Source: Lingula anatina (lineage: Eukaryota > Animalia > Brachiopoda). Taken from it: DNA of 64,000 bases. Where the stretch lies: positions 16,816,567 to 16,880,566 of the forward strand of contig CM120649.1 of the NCBI GenBank assembly GCA_051362555.1, written 5' to 3'. The notes under the pieces were generated by a model, which did no database searches, was not told the DNA's origin, and saw only the letters and a program-made list of their open reading frames with translations. Positions 1 to 13,334 of the stretch are shown in pieces (the stretch's first letter is position 1; every line of letters starts with the position of its first letter). The position numbers were made by a program, and so were the translations under genes.

Positions 1-305
1 CATCAAAGCAGGGGTTATCACAATTATTCTGGAACCTTTGCTTGCCATCGGGCCACTTGGACCTTCAGAGATGGCTACCCTCCGAAATAATCTCTTAAAA
101 ACTTATTGCAAACCCCAAATAATAATACTAATAAAACACGGACTAAATTTGAATGTCGGAACGTATTCATTCACCATTGGAAACTTTAACCCGAGAAAAT
201 CAGTTTTATGGCACTTCTCCCGACTACATATAAACAATTGGTATCCCTTTAACAAATCGACCAATAATTACAAGTCCCTGTACACATGTACAATTGTATC
301 CTTAC

Positions 306-3300
306 CGTCGCATGTTTGCCCGTCCCCAGAATACCCTTCAGGACAAGGCCCACACGTGTACCCAGTTATATTGCGTGGTGGGGGGTCATTTTGACAACGA
401 ACCCCGGGATAACAGGGCTCTGCGTTCTCTGCGCATGCGTCGATATCACTTTCACAGTACGTTCCAGTGTAACTGTCGGGACAAGTGCATTCCATGACGA
501 TGAAGCTACAGAAATGTATATTGTAGAGTTAAAATCGAATCTATAGGCCCAGGACTACAATGATACCTAAATAGAGCAAATGGTGTCAAATGAGGACAGG
601 AATGCTAACATAAAGATGGCAATAGGCAATGTGATTGCCGCATTCTCACTCGTGGTGGCATCAATTAATTAATTGCCGACGTCACTCTGCCGCAAAGCGA
701 TCACAAACATATTAAATGGTATTGTTGTTGCCTCAATATACCTGTAAATTCACCGTCTGACGATCAGTTTCAGTATATATGTGTTCACTGATCTTCAAGC
801 TCAAGCTCATTCAAACATATAAATACTACCCCGTTAGTAAACATGTGTGTAAGTTTTTGGGAAATAGTCTGAACTCAGTTTTGCATAGATGGTTCTCAAA
901 GTGACAATTTTGTTGAATAAACTTACTATGAAGACGCTTCTTCCAGTTCGGTAGCTGTGAGTGATGCGCAAGTGCCACCATTTTCACAAGGACAGTATTC
1001 TATCACTGGCTGGTAAGTGCTCCTGGCGTCATTTGGGTCCTACGGGAAATAGATGTACAGTATTCTTGCAAATAGTTAAAACAATATGGAGCAAACAGAA
1101 GGTTTTGATATAACTTCAGCTATTATACATGCATGAATGTATAAGATTCGTTAATTTGTTTGCAAGTTATCTTTTGTTATTTTTTATTATGTATCGCTTT
1201 TTGAATAGTGTTCTTTGAATAATCAAACACACTACGTGTTCCAAGAATAGTTACGTGCATCTTTCTGTAAGCGTTAAAAAAAACACAAATTTGAAATATT
1301 CTAGTGAAAAAGAAATTAATTTGCCCTCTCATACACGGACCACAACACCCACTGTACCTTTGCTATCAACTTTAAATTTAACTCCTCGGAGTAAGAGCTG
1401 ATGAGAATGCCAACGTTAAATTCGTCGCCAGAAACTTGCGATAGGTTGGCAGAAGTAGAACCATTTGTCTCGAGCTGGCATGTGATTGTGTCACCATTTG
1501 CGTCTGACACGTTGGTTGTTATGGTGGTGAATACACCACGCTGGACCTTGTGCGATCTTGGCCCGGTGATTTTTGGCGGGAAATTGTCTATGTGAAAAAG
1601 ACAAAAACTGTTTATTTTATCTTTTTTTTTTAATTATCAATATTAGAAGCTATTTTTCAAGGAAACTTTGCGTAGACCGAACTTGGAGAGAGAATATATG
1701 AAATTTGGGGTGGAAAATTCGTTCGAAGAGGTACATTTTTGAACTTGTGAAAATGATTAAATGCTACTTTAATTACAGTCAGGCTTCAATGGATACTTTA
1801 ATCATAGCTTTAATAGTTAAATGTTAACGATTCACACGTTTGTAGACTAATTTAGCCTAATTTGACGTAATAAAATTATGTAATCTCACCTAATTCGGAC
1901 GAAGCTTTTTCACTGGCAATTTTCTCGCTGAGAGTTACTGCACCAAAACTGAGGTCTCCGGTTTGGGCTATATCAAAGAGGCATGACATATCAGATCCAC
2001 AGAGGGCTTCAGCTGCCGCTTGGAGAGTAGCATTAGCGAACGTTATGTTGTCAGTGAACATGGGTGTAAAGTCAGGAAAGTTGTAGATCTCGTAGCTCTC
2101 GCCAGCCTGGTAGCAGAATATGGTCGTTTCGTTCGTAACCATCCCTAAGGAAAATGACATAAACAAATTAACAAATTTTAAATAATTTTGAGAGAGCATT
2201 GTGATCGCATTGTCTTCATTGTCACCAAACTGAACCGTGTATCTGAAGGAGATAATAATTTTGTTTGGAAATTGTATGGCCTACTGTCGACTTTTGACCA
2301 ACTTGTTTTTCAAATAGATACGACTGTTCTGACCAAGAAACATTTACGTATTTTAATAACGCTCAAAAATGATATTACAAATCTCACTTTATTTTGTGGG
2401 GTACCGTCTTTTTTGCCTATAAACAAAAAACAAACTTAACCTTATTATTAGTTTTCATGATGAAAGCCTACATATAGAAACAACTTGTTCCTTTAGCTAT
2501 CCTTCAGTCCAAAACTACTTACATGTCATTCCAAACTGGTGGTATATATCACCTTCTGATGACGTCTCAGGTATTGGTGCACCGTTGCTAGGCGTGAGGT
2601 CATCACTTTTGTCGCTGTTAAACACGCCCATCAGGCCCTTGGTGAGATTTTCAAATGTTTCAGGGACGTCAAAGTTTATGGATAATGCACCCTAAAAGAA
2701 AATGAATTTACGACATGAAGAAGTCAGAACGGTAACGGTAACTAATGAACCCCTGTACAATTTATTTGATGTATTTGAATCTATCATATTGGATTTCCAT
2801 TTTTTGTGTGAAAAAAAAAATATTGAAAAATGGATTTAATTGAGAGCAAACGGACGTAATAAAAACTAAAAAATGACCTGAGCTATGAATATTGCTAACT
2901 TATGTTTATTATCAACGTCTTTTGGCCAAACCCACACTTGCACGATATTTGTTCTTTGGAATAGTAACTAAAATTCCAAGTTACCCAAAAGAAAAAAATT
3001 CTTGTTGCAAAGGAATCGAATTTCAATCATAATTTTCAGAGCTTTAACTGTTACCTTAACAGCTTTCGCAGATACGGTTATTCCGTTTTCATACGTCACT
3101 TGGAACGAATTATTCTCTGGGCGTGAGAGAAGCACGGTATCAGGCAGCGAGGAATGTGTGCTGGTGTCGTTGGTGAAGTTTCCAATATCAATCATAGAAC
3201 AGTTAATGAAAACCTCCAGTTCGTCCTCTGTCCCGTTCACTAAGTTGACCTGAATAACAGTCTGGTTGACCACTTGCATCGCAACTCCAGAGAAGATAGT

Positions 3301-6300
3301 AGCAGTTGAGGTTTCTGAAAAATGGGCGTATGTAATATACATATTAAATATTGAAGGGTTCACCGTTCAACATTAAAATGCGTAATTCGCATTGTTGACT
3401 GACCAGGCTTACTTGTACATAAATAAACTGTTTACCCGAAACCCTTCTCGTCCGTGCCTGTACTTGCATCTCTCCGCTATCGAGTTCCAGTAATGTAAAC
3501 TCTCCCAGGCCGTTAAAGGTGTAGTTCAGACCGTCCAAAGTAACGAGGTGAGGGTCTCCCCAGAATATCCCTGCAAAGATATGACGTCATGATTAAAAGG
3601 AAATTGGGACGTCACGAACGCGTATTGGCGCAAAGAATTGATGCATCTTTTAATAATAGTCCTTTCAGTTTTATAAGGTTTGCCTCTGCCCCAACATGAA
3701 GTTTACGTGCGGAAAAATTTAACCTCGACGCAGGTGGGTCTGAAAATTTCAGCACATTAACATGACGAGCAATGACCTAAAGGGGATTAGAATGGCTGGA
3801 GTTTTATCAAGCTTGGGAGGTGGCGGGGATGGAGGAAGGGAGAGGAACTTTACATTTTGACATTGATAGATAGGATGGTGGGATTAAATTTGAAATTCGA
3901 CCGCTTTACCGTATGCATGATTTAATATCAGCAAGACACTTACTTCGTCGTGGCGGCCTGTATCCCTCGCAGTCGTTGGATGGTAGAAGAACGTAGAAAA
4001 GTTGGCACATAAAGGTGCTCTCCACGCAGCATTTCTGATACCCGTATTCCTCTGAAGCTGTGTTCTGGAAGAAGTGAAAAAAGTTTACCCAATGCATAAA
4101 ATGTTCCGGAAACAATGAAAATAGATGAGATCAAAAAGTGGCTGATGTCGTACAAATCTTATATGTTTCTTTAAATAAAAACTTTTTACTAGTTTCATAT
4201 TAACTGGTTATTTTCTGACAAAATGATTTTTCACGCTATACAGTCCAGTGGCCTACATCACTGAAAATAAATACCGGTATACACTTTATAACAACGGTGA
4301 TGAGAAATCACCCGCTGGGGCTTACATCACAATCACATATACTCACTGTTTCATCCACCACGTGCCCTCCATTTGGACTACCAACCAGGAGAGCGCCCCA
4401 GTCATTTGAAAACAACCAGTCAGTTGAGTAACAGCACCTCCGTCTCAAATTTCTTCTCCGGAAAGTCGATCGGTAGCATATTCGATTACCGTTATAGTCC
4501 TGACTGTTCCACCAGTTGAAACGAAACCTGAGGACAGAATCATCAATTGACAAATGGTGAAAATATCATACACCTTACAATATAATTAAAAGTGGACAGG
4601 AATATGGCGTGCACAAGAAACCCTACTTAGTGTCAAGGAATCTTTTAAATAGGGGCAAAAAATGCAGTTAAACTTGTTAAAATAGAGAAAATACAACCCT
4701 GAAATAACCCATAACCGTTCTATCACTGTAACAAACTGTTGAGACCAGATGCAATTGTTTAGTTTTGTTCCAGTATTTCATTCATTTTCCGATAATTTAT
4801 GTTTTATAGATCATAAGCAGCTCGTCTTGTTTCATTTCTCATCAAAAGAGGGAGCCACCTATGGTTTCTGTTCTCACCGTCGGTCCCACCAAGCCTGCCT
4901 GATATTGCATGGGCACGGACGCAAGTTAGCCCTACTGAGTTTCCGGAAGTAACGTCTAGACTCTTTCTTCGTCCACCGATAACACTGCAAAATGGCGGTT
5001 CCCTCGCCACTGTTTTCCTCCAGGCGAATCAGCCAGGTGCCTGCCTCACCTAAAGGAAAATATTTCTCAATAATTGGTTCCACTTCACGGCTTCTGTATA
5101 TGGGACTCTCCCGCGAGAGAACGTTAAATGAGACAGTCGATATCACGTGACGTCACACGAGGTAAGAAAACGTGTGAGAATCCGCGTGGGGTGGAGTTAC
5201 CCTTTACTCAACTGAAACTGATGACGTGCTGTCATTTATTGAATTGACTGACCGAATTAATGAAAGAACTCCATTTTTTGTCTTTCTTAATTCAGTTTAT
5301 ACAGTTTTCGCTCAAGTAATGTAGCAAAGAGAGAGAGAAAGATTTGTACCAGTATTTCCCTTATTAGTGTCCAAGTCCGCCATGACACTTTTCCCGGAAG
5401 CTGGCATATTGTAGTAGGTGTTCTGGCGGTAATCACTTCCGTCCCCGGCGCTATATCCCGCCACTGGCATCCCGTACCGTATGGAGGAGGACACAAATTT
5501 TTCAAAGATGGCCTTGGTGTAATCTGTAAGAATGAGAAGTCTTTCATGAATGGGTCAAGCAAAAACTGTCTTATCTTACTAAGAGTGCTCAGCGTTTGAC
5601 TGTAACAAAAACACAAAGCCTTGTAATACTCGACATAACTTTAGATTCTGCATGAATATATGGCCAAATACGAGGAAATAACATCCGGGACGCCGTAAAG
5701 AGCATTAGGAAAAATGGCGCGAAACGCGCAGCTTTAGCAAAAATCAGCCTTGGAGAATTCTGTAAGGAAAATGGGTCTTCAACGAACGGATCATATATAA
5801 CAATGGAAAATGTTGTCACATGAAAAAGATATTGGAGTGGAAATACTTACTAGGCTATTCTTTATGGTAATACTGCAACTTTGAATAACTATTACACTTT
5901 TTTAACAATGGTGATTTCGGTCTTTTTGCACGGCTCTTCTCATTTCAGATATTAGAGTTAGACCAACTTTGAACAGAAATAAGACATTTTATCACTGTGT
6001 GCACTTTACAACTTCTACTAGGTACTTGAAAGTTGCAATATTTTTCATCAAAGAACAGTTAACCTATAGCTTTGATGTGAATTCTCGTCCCACACTCACC
6101 TTCGTAAAACCAGTTTATGTCCGGATATATGAATTTGACAAAGGAAAACTGGCCGTCAGTCATCAGGACGGCTTGGAAGTTATTCACCTGGAGAGAAAAT
6201 GTCCTCAGTGAAAAAGGTGTGAGCGGATTGTTGATTGTCTATTATTATTATTATTATTATTTCTCTACTTTTTTCTGTTTTGTTTTAGGGGAGACACTAA

Positions 6301-7866
6301 GAGATAAACTGTAGGAACTCCTGTTCAACATATGAAAAACTAAATATATTCATATAATAATAATCGGCTATTTATAAAGAAAATAAAAATTTAAAAGTGT
6401 TATGTTGTCTACTTTACGGGACCCAGTGACATTATTATATGCCATCCAGTTACAGACATGCGCTGAAGTTCTACGGCATATATATATTCTAACAATCTCG
6501 TAGCCAGGGAGTTTCGCGGTGTTCAAATGAACCGCCCCTGTACATGTTCGCTCTAGGTAAAAACTGATATACACGTAGGTACATGAAGGTTTCATGGTTT
6601 AAGATCCACCTTTTTGGAAATTGCTGGCTTCGGGCCTGCTATATTCAATATTTTGCAGTGCGAAAAATGCCCTGTGAAATGTATGTATTAAAAATAATCA
6701 ATAAATTTTGAAAACGCAATCATTTTATTAGCTCTTGGCACATTTTAGGTCCAGATGTTTGTAATACCTCAGCATACCGTGTTATTACTATAAAATCACC
6801 ATAGGGTGCCAATCTTATCACACTGTTTCCCGCCCATCACCATGGTAACCAAGTCAAGGCAAGTGCTATGCTGCTCAGCGCAGTGGGAGTGATTACAAAG
6901 CACAATAAGACGGTCTAAATGTTATATGTAAAGGCGTCACAAATGAACTGCACCACTGGATAAGATATTATCATTTTCTTACCTGCATATTCTGTACCCT
7001 GTCACTGCACGGGTTATTATAATTCCAGTAATAATAATAATAGTAGTAGTACCAGTTCCAGTAGGCGCAGTAGCTCACGTAAGGCGGGAGGTTGGTCCAC
7101 GTGACCACCATTACCCAGGTGGGGGTGAATTCTGGAACAAGGAAAACGAGTGTAGATGACGTCAGCTGATGAATTATGTGTGTCATTGTATTTTTGTGTG
7201 TTTGTTTGATTGACAATTTCTTTAAGACTTGGAATCTTTGGAAGGATTAACTCAGCAAACACAGAACGTTATTACAAAGTTACCATAACGTTTATATAAC
7301 CAATAAACGTTATGGTTGCGTTATGGTTACGTTCTGTGTTTGCTGGGAAGATTCTTGCAAACATATCAAAGAGTAATTTCACAGTGAAGACAAAGCCATT
7401 TACTGATACGATCTACCAGAGAAAAAAGAATATCAGCATTAAAAAAGGAAATGGATACTATCTCTTTCTTATCACTACGTTTACTTGACATAACATGAAA
7501 AAATTTCACAATTATCATTAATTAAAAGAAATAACAGTCTTCGTTTTTACTAATTCTGTATATAACCTAATTACCTCCTGGCGACGGGTTTTGGTTTGAA
7601 TTTTCAATATCGGACAAAGCTCGATCAATGATGGCTTCTGTTCCAGCCTTCTCGTCATTCATCTCATACACGTGATAATACACAAGCTGAAACGGACAGA
7701 ACTACATGTATATCTCAACACTTTACGAGACGGGTATTATGTACATCCGTCTTATTAAATTAAGGCATATGGTGGCGTAGACAGCAACTGTTTACGGGAG
7801 GCTCATCGCCCAAACAATTCAATAGCGACGGGGAGTAATTACAACAACAACAACAACAACAACAAC

Positions 7867-7915
<49 letters not shown>

Positions 7916-10900
7916 CAGTTACCGTCTTGTTCCTATTCACATTCCACCGTGTAAATAAAGTGGCGTCACTGCGGCCCCAAAACGGTGCAATCAGAGCATA
8001 GCGGTCCATCCAGTAACGTGTGCCAAACGTCCACGGCCAGCTGAATTTCCATCCATAGTTGAACTGTAGGACGCCATTGTTGCAAATCTGAAGAAAACAA
8101 ACGGGGCTCATGGATTGAGTAATGTCATGTTTCTTTAATACTATTAATGATGATAATAATAATTCATTTACAAAATACATATATTGATGAGTCACATAAA
8201 TAATCTGTGTACCATTTTGGTCTGAAATATGTGTATTCAAAAACTTGATTCACTTAGTAAAAGCGGGAGTAAAAAGGGGTGTCAGGTTCACTTGAACTTA
8301 TATGAATAAAGATCTCATTAATTTTTAAAACATTTTAACTTACATGAATCTTGTAGTGCCTCCCGTTAAAGAAGGGAAACCCTGCCTTAAGTAGGTTAAC
8401 CCTGAGACAGACATAGTCATAGTACCACCAACTCCACCAAGACCACGAAAGCTGGCCCGGCAACTCCTCTTCTGTAGTGCTGTCTCCAGCGTTCTCACCA
8501 AAGGGGTATAGCCGTGCGTCGTTCCACCATTGGTTCTCTGGCGATGAGGCAGCTGAGACAGTCGCAGTGGTCGTCTCAACCACGGATGAGGAACTGAAAA
8601 GCGAACTAGAAGAGGCCGGTGTGGTAGAGCTTTGCGCTGCAATGCTTGAGGATGATGATGCCAGATTTGCTCCAGACGAAGTCCTGGCCACTGCTGTCAC
8701 ACTGCTTGACGACATCGAATATGAAGATGTCGAACTGCCTGACAAAGAGTAGTGTGCAGCTGAACTGCTCGCAGGCGCCGAGTATGATGACGTCAAGCTG
8801 CTAGGAATGAAGGAGGACGCCGCTGAATATATCGCAGACGACGACTGTGCTGCCATCGAGCTGCTGGGAATGAAGGAGGACGACGCTGGATATGTCGCAG
8901 ACGACGACTGTGCTGTCATCGAGCTGCTAGGAATGAAGGAGGACGACGCTGAATATATCGCAGACGACGACTGTGCTGTCATCGAGCTGCTAGGAATGAA
9001 GGAGGACGACGCTGGATATGTCGCAGACGACGACTGTGCTGTCATCGAGCTGCTAGGAATGAAGGAGGACGACGCTGAATATGTCGCAGACGACGACTGT
9101 GCTGCCATCGAGCTGCTAGGAATGAAGGAGGACGCCGCTGAATATATCGCAGACGACGACTGTGCTGTCATCGAGCTGCTAGGAATGAAAGAGGACGACG
9201 CTGAATATGTCGCAGACGACGACTGTGCTGTCATCGAGCTGCTAGGAATGAAGGAGGACGCCGTTGAATATATCGCAGACGACGACTGTGCTGTCATCGA
9301 GCTGCTAGGAATGAAGGAAGATGCTGCTGAATATATCGCAGACGACGACTGTGCTGTCATCGAGCTGCTAGGAATGAAGGAGGACGACGCTGAATATGTC
9401 GCAGACGACGACTGTGCTGCCATCGAGCTGCTAGGAATGAAGGAGGACGCCGCTGAATATATCGCAGACGACGACTGTGCTGTCATCGAGCTGCTAGGAA
9501 TGAAAGAGGACGACGCTGAATATGTCGCAGACGACGACTGTGCTGTCATCGAGCTGCTAGGAATGAAGGAGGACGCCGTTGAATATATCGCAGACGACGA
9601 CTGTGCTGTCATCGAGCTGCTAGGAATGAAGGAAGACGCTGCTGAATATATCGCAGACGACGACTGTGCTGTCATCGAGCTGCTAGGAATGAAGGAGGAC
9701 GCCGCTGAATATATCGCAGACGACGACTGTGCTGCCATCGGGCTGCTAGGAATGAAGGAGGACGACGCTGGATATGTCGCAGACGACGACTGTGCTGCCA
9801 TCGAGCTGCTAGGAATGAAGGAAGACGCCGCTGAATATATCGCAGACGACGACTGTGCTGCCATCGAGCTGCTAGGAATGAAGGAGGACGACGCTGGATA
9901 TGTCGCAGACGACGACTGTGCTGCCATCGAGCTGCTAGGAATGAAGGAAGACGACGCTGGATATGTCGCAGACGACGACTGTGCTGCCATCGAGCTGCTA
10001 GGAATGAAGGAAGACGCCGCTGAATATATCGCAGACGACGACTGTGCTGCCATCGAGCTGCTAGGAATGAAGGAGGACGACGCTGGATATGTCGCAGACG
10101 ACGACTGTGCTGCCATCGAGCTGCTAGGAATGAAGGAGGACGCCGCTGGATATGTCGCAGACGACGACTGTGCTGCCATTGAGCTGCTGGAAATGGAGGA
10201 CGACGCTGGATATGCTTGCATGTAGCTGCTGGAAATGGAGGAGGACGATGGATATGCTTGAATGTAGCTGCTGGAAATGGAGGAGGACGATTGATATCCT
10301 TGCATGAAGCTGCTGGAAATGAAGGAGGAAGATGGATATCCTTGCACGTAGCTGCTGAAAATGGAGAAGGACGATGGATATGCTTGGATGTAGCTACTGG
10401 CAATGGAGGAGGACGGCGCTGAATAACCTGAAGACGACGGATATGCTTCCATCGAGCTACTTTGGATGTAGGAGTAAGGTGCTGAATAAGCTGCAGACTC
10501 CGAGTATGCTGGTATGGAACTGCTTGGGAAGGAGTAATGCATGTTCGACGCTGTATTATCTACAGACTCCGAATATGATGGCTCCAAACTGCTTTGGAAG
10601 GCGTACTGAGGCGCTGAATCATCTACAGACTCCGAATATGCCGGCATCAAACTGCTTTGGAAGGAGTAGTAAGGCGCTGAATCATCTACTGACTCCGAAT
10701 ATGCCGGCATCAAATTGCTTTGGAAGGAATATTCCGGCGCTGAATCATCTACTGACTCCGCATATGCTGGCATTGAGCTGCTTGCCAAATATGGGTATGA
10801 TGTTTCTTCACTTGCAAAAGGTGTGTAGTCAGATACAGCTGAAATGTGCGTGAAAGATGATTCCAAAGATAAAGACAGATAAACCAAGGAATTATTTCCA

Positions 10901-13303
10901 TATAAGAAATGCACTGAAAGTATGTAAAATAATATAAAAACTGTTGACTTGCAGTCTTCAGTCTTAAAACTTGCTTTACAATAACTTAACACAGATACGC
11001 AGCAATTTTGGTAAAAGCAAACACAGCCTTTACCAGGCCTAGCACTTATTTCTGAAAAATTAAAAAATGTGCACTACTTTTCACCTCCTGACGGAAAGTG
11101 CATCACTTTAAAGGTATAGGCCTACTTATTCACTATCCACATTGAAAATTCCCCAGTACTATAATTTCAGTCTACATACGGTGCAAGGCCATATGGCTGT
11201 CCCTATCAGGCCCGTAGCCGGCTATTTCAAAAGGGGGTACTTTTTTTCTGAAAAATTGGGCCTTTCACAATGAAACCTTTGTGCACCTAGATCGAATTTT
11301 ACGCAGAATGGACATTTTTCCCGACAATAAGGGCGGTTCTTCCGAACCCCCGAACCTCCAGGCTATAGACCTGTCAATTTTGATGAATTTTTTTTTTCAA
11401 AATCTAATTAGATCCACTTAAAATATTCAGTAGACTTAACAAGGGTAAATTAACTAAATAAAATAGATGACGTCAGATAAAGTAAATATATAAACACCTA
11501 AAACATTAAGATAATAGATATATAGTACAAATTATTAAAAATATATGTGATGGATTTACATTGTTGAATGAAAACAGTTGAAGACAAAATGGTGTATTTC
11601 AATAAACTTATAAGCTGTACCCTGACTGTCAGAGTCACTGTGAAACGGGCTTCAACACCAGTTTTGCTGATATAGGTTATTATATATATATGAAATCAAG
11701 ATCGAGCCGGCAAAACTGGAATCTAGAACCTAGGGTAATAAGCTGCCATGTTCCAATGAAATTTAGATATGAATGAAAAATGAAATTTAGATATGAATGA
11801 AAAATGGCACCTACAGTATACAAGATTTGAAACTATAAAAATTATTCTGTGCACTAGCATTAGAAAACAATGCAAAGAAGTACTAAATTTCGACTTCATT
11901 TTACTTGGCTTATTTTTCTGTGAAAACATCCTTTAACATCATTTTAAAATGTAGCCAGGTAAATTCCCCTTGCTTCTCACGACTGCAGTAACCAGTGTAA
12001 AAAACTATATGAAATCTTCACTTGACCGGGGAAGAAGTGTTCAGTTCACCTTCTGTTTTCACTGAAGTTGTTTCATTTTAAACAAATGTAAACCAACACC
12101 GATGATTTGGAAAAATACATATATAGCTTTCATGGCGATCTTCAAGCGTAAAAAACATTATTCTCGGTTCATAAGCTAATGAACCCAAGTCTAGGGTTAA
12201 CTGAAAGTGTTCGTTTGTAAATATGGGAATAGACGTCCTAAAATTCTCCGAAATCTTTTCAGCTTGTTAACCTCAAACCCACTAGGACTATAGGGCCCAT
12301 GCCACCATTACTTAAAGGACAATGTTCATGTAAAAATCCATTTCTCGAATTTTGAAGATACAGCACTCAATCTATACACTAGAGGTATGTTTTAATCGAT
12401 CCCCGCCATTTAAAAATTATAAAAACAATCTATTAGAAGAAAAAAAGCGTTTTAGTAAACCTCACCTCAATATGCAAAAATGAAGCAACAGATCTGGGTC
12501 ACGTGGTACTGTGACGACAATCACGATAAAGGTCTATGAGACTCAACTGAGCTGCATGGGCATACAGTCGGAGAAGTTAAGGAAAGTTGTGTTGAACGGA
12601 GTTGAGGAATTTTCGTTATGCCTCGGTGTGTTGACGTGGGATTCACCAAAATTGCAGCTCTCGTTGACAATCTTTCTTTGTCTGTGACGGTCTTCCGTGA
12701 CTTACTTACTAACTTCGGTGACAATAGTTGCGATGCTCTAGATCATGGTCACCTCAGGTGGTTTAGATCATATCAAGAGCTGGTAGTCTTTCAGATTAAC
12801 TGTCATCAGTTGGCAAACTTACTGATTGCTGATGCATTTTAAATGCATTGTAGTTGACCAAAAGCTCGTTTACAACAAACCTGTTAATTATGCACCGCTG
12901 CAATTCCCAAGCCAGGTAATAACAGGTATGAAACTCGTCTTGGTGGGCTTTCATATTTTTCAATATATCTCATTTATTTCATGGGGTTATTTTATTGGTA
13001 TTTGTAAATGACGTTAAATATCAATACTTAAACAATTAAGTTCAAACACGGTCGCGAACATTAATAAAAGAAATTGCTCTCAGGGTATCTTGAAGCTTCC
13101 GTGGAAGAAAACGTGTTGAGGAAAAACAGGAAAAAGAGCGTTATATTAAAGAAAAAATGGGAACTGCTATAATAAAATGGTTCGTTATCTTAATTCGTTT
13201 ATGCTTTGAAGATTTGTTTCTGAAGATTATTTCATCTGAAATATTAAATAATTTAAAAGATTGATTATTTTATAACTTGAAACGCAAATTCTGCGTCAGT
13301 ACG

Positions 13304-13334
<31 letters not shown>

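Noticed and set aside
8798-10190. Regular repeat array that might suggest CRISPR
   Set aside because: No unique spacers, no cas genes, eukaryotic coding context.
8807-10225. 472-aa acidic Asp/Cys repeat ORF on the plus strand ([21 protein letters not shown])n
   Set aside because: Antisense shadow of the 63-bp mucin repeat. The minus frame connects to NIDO coding sequence and splice sites; the plus frame has no independent support.
9672-10403. 243-aa Arg/His-rich minus-strand ORF
   Set aside because: Alternative frame of the same tandem repeat.
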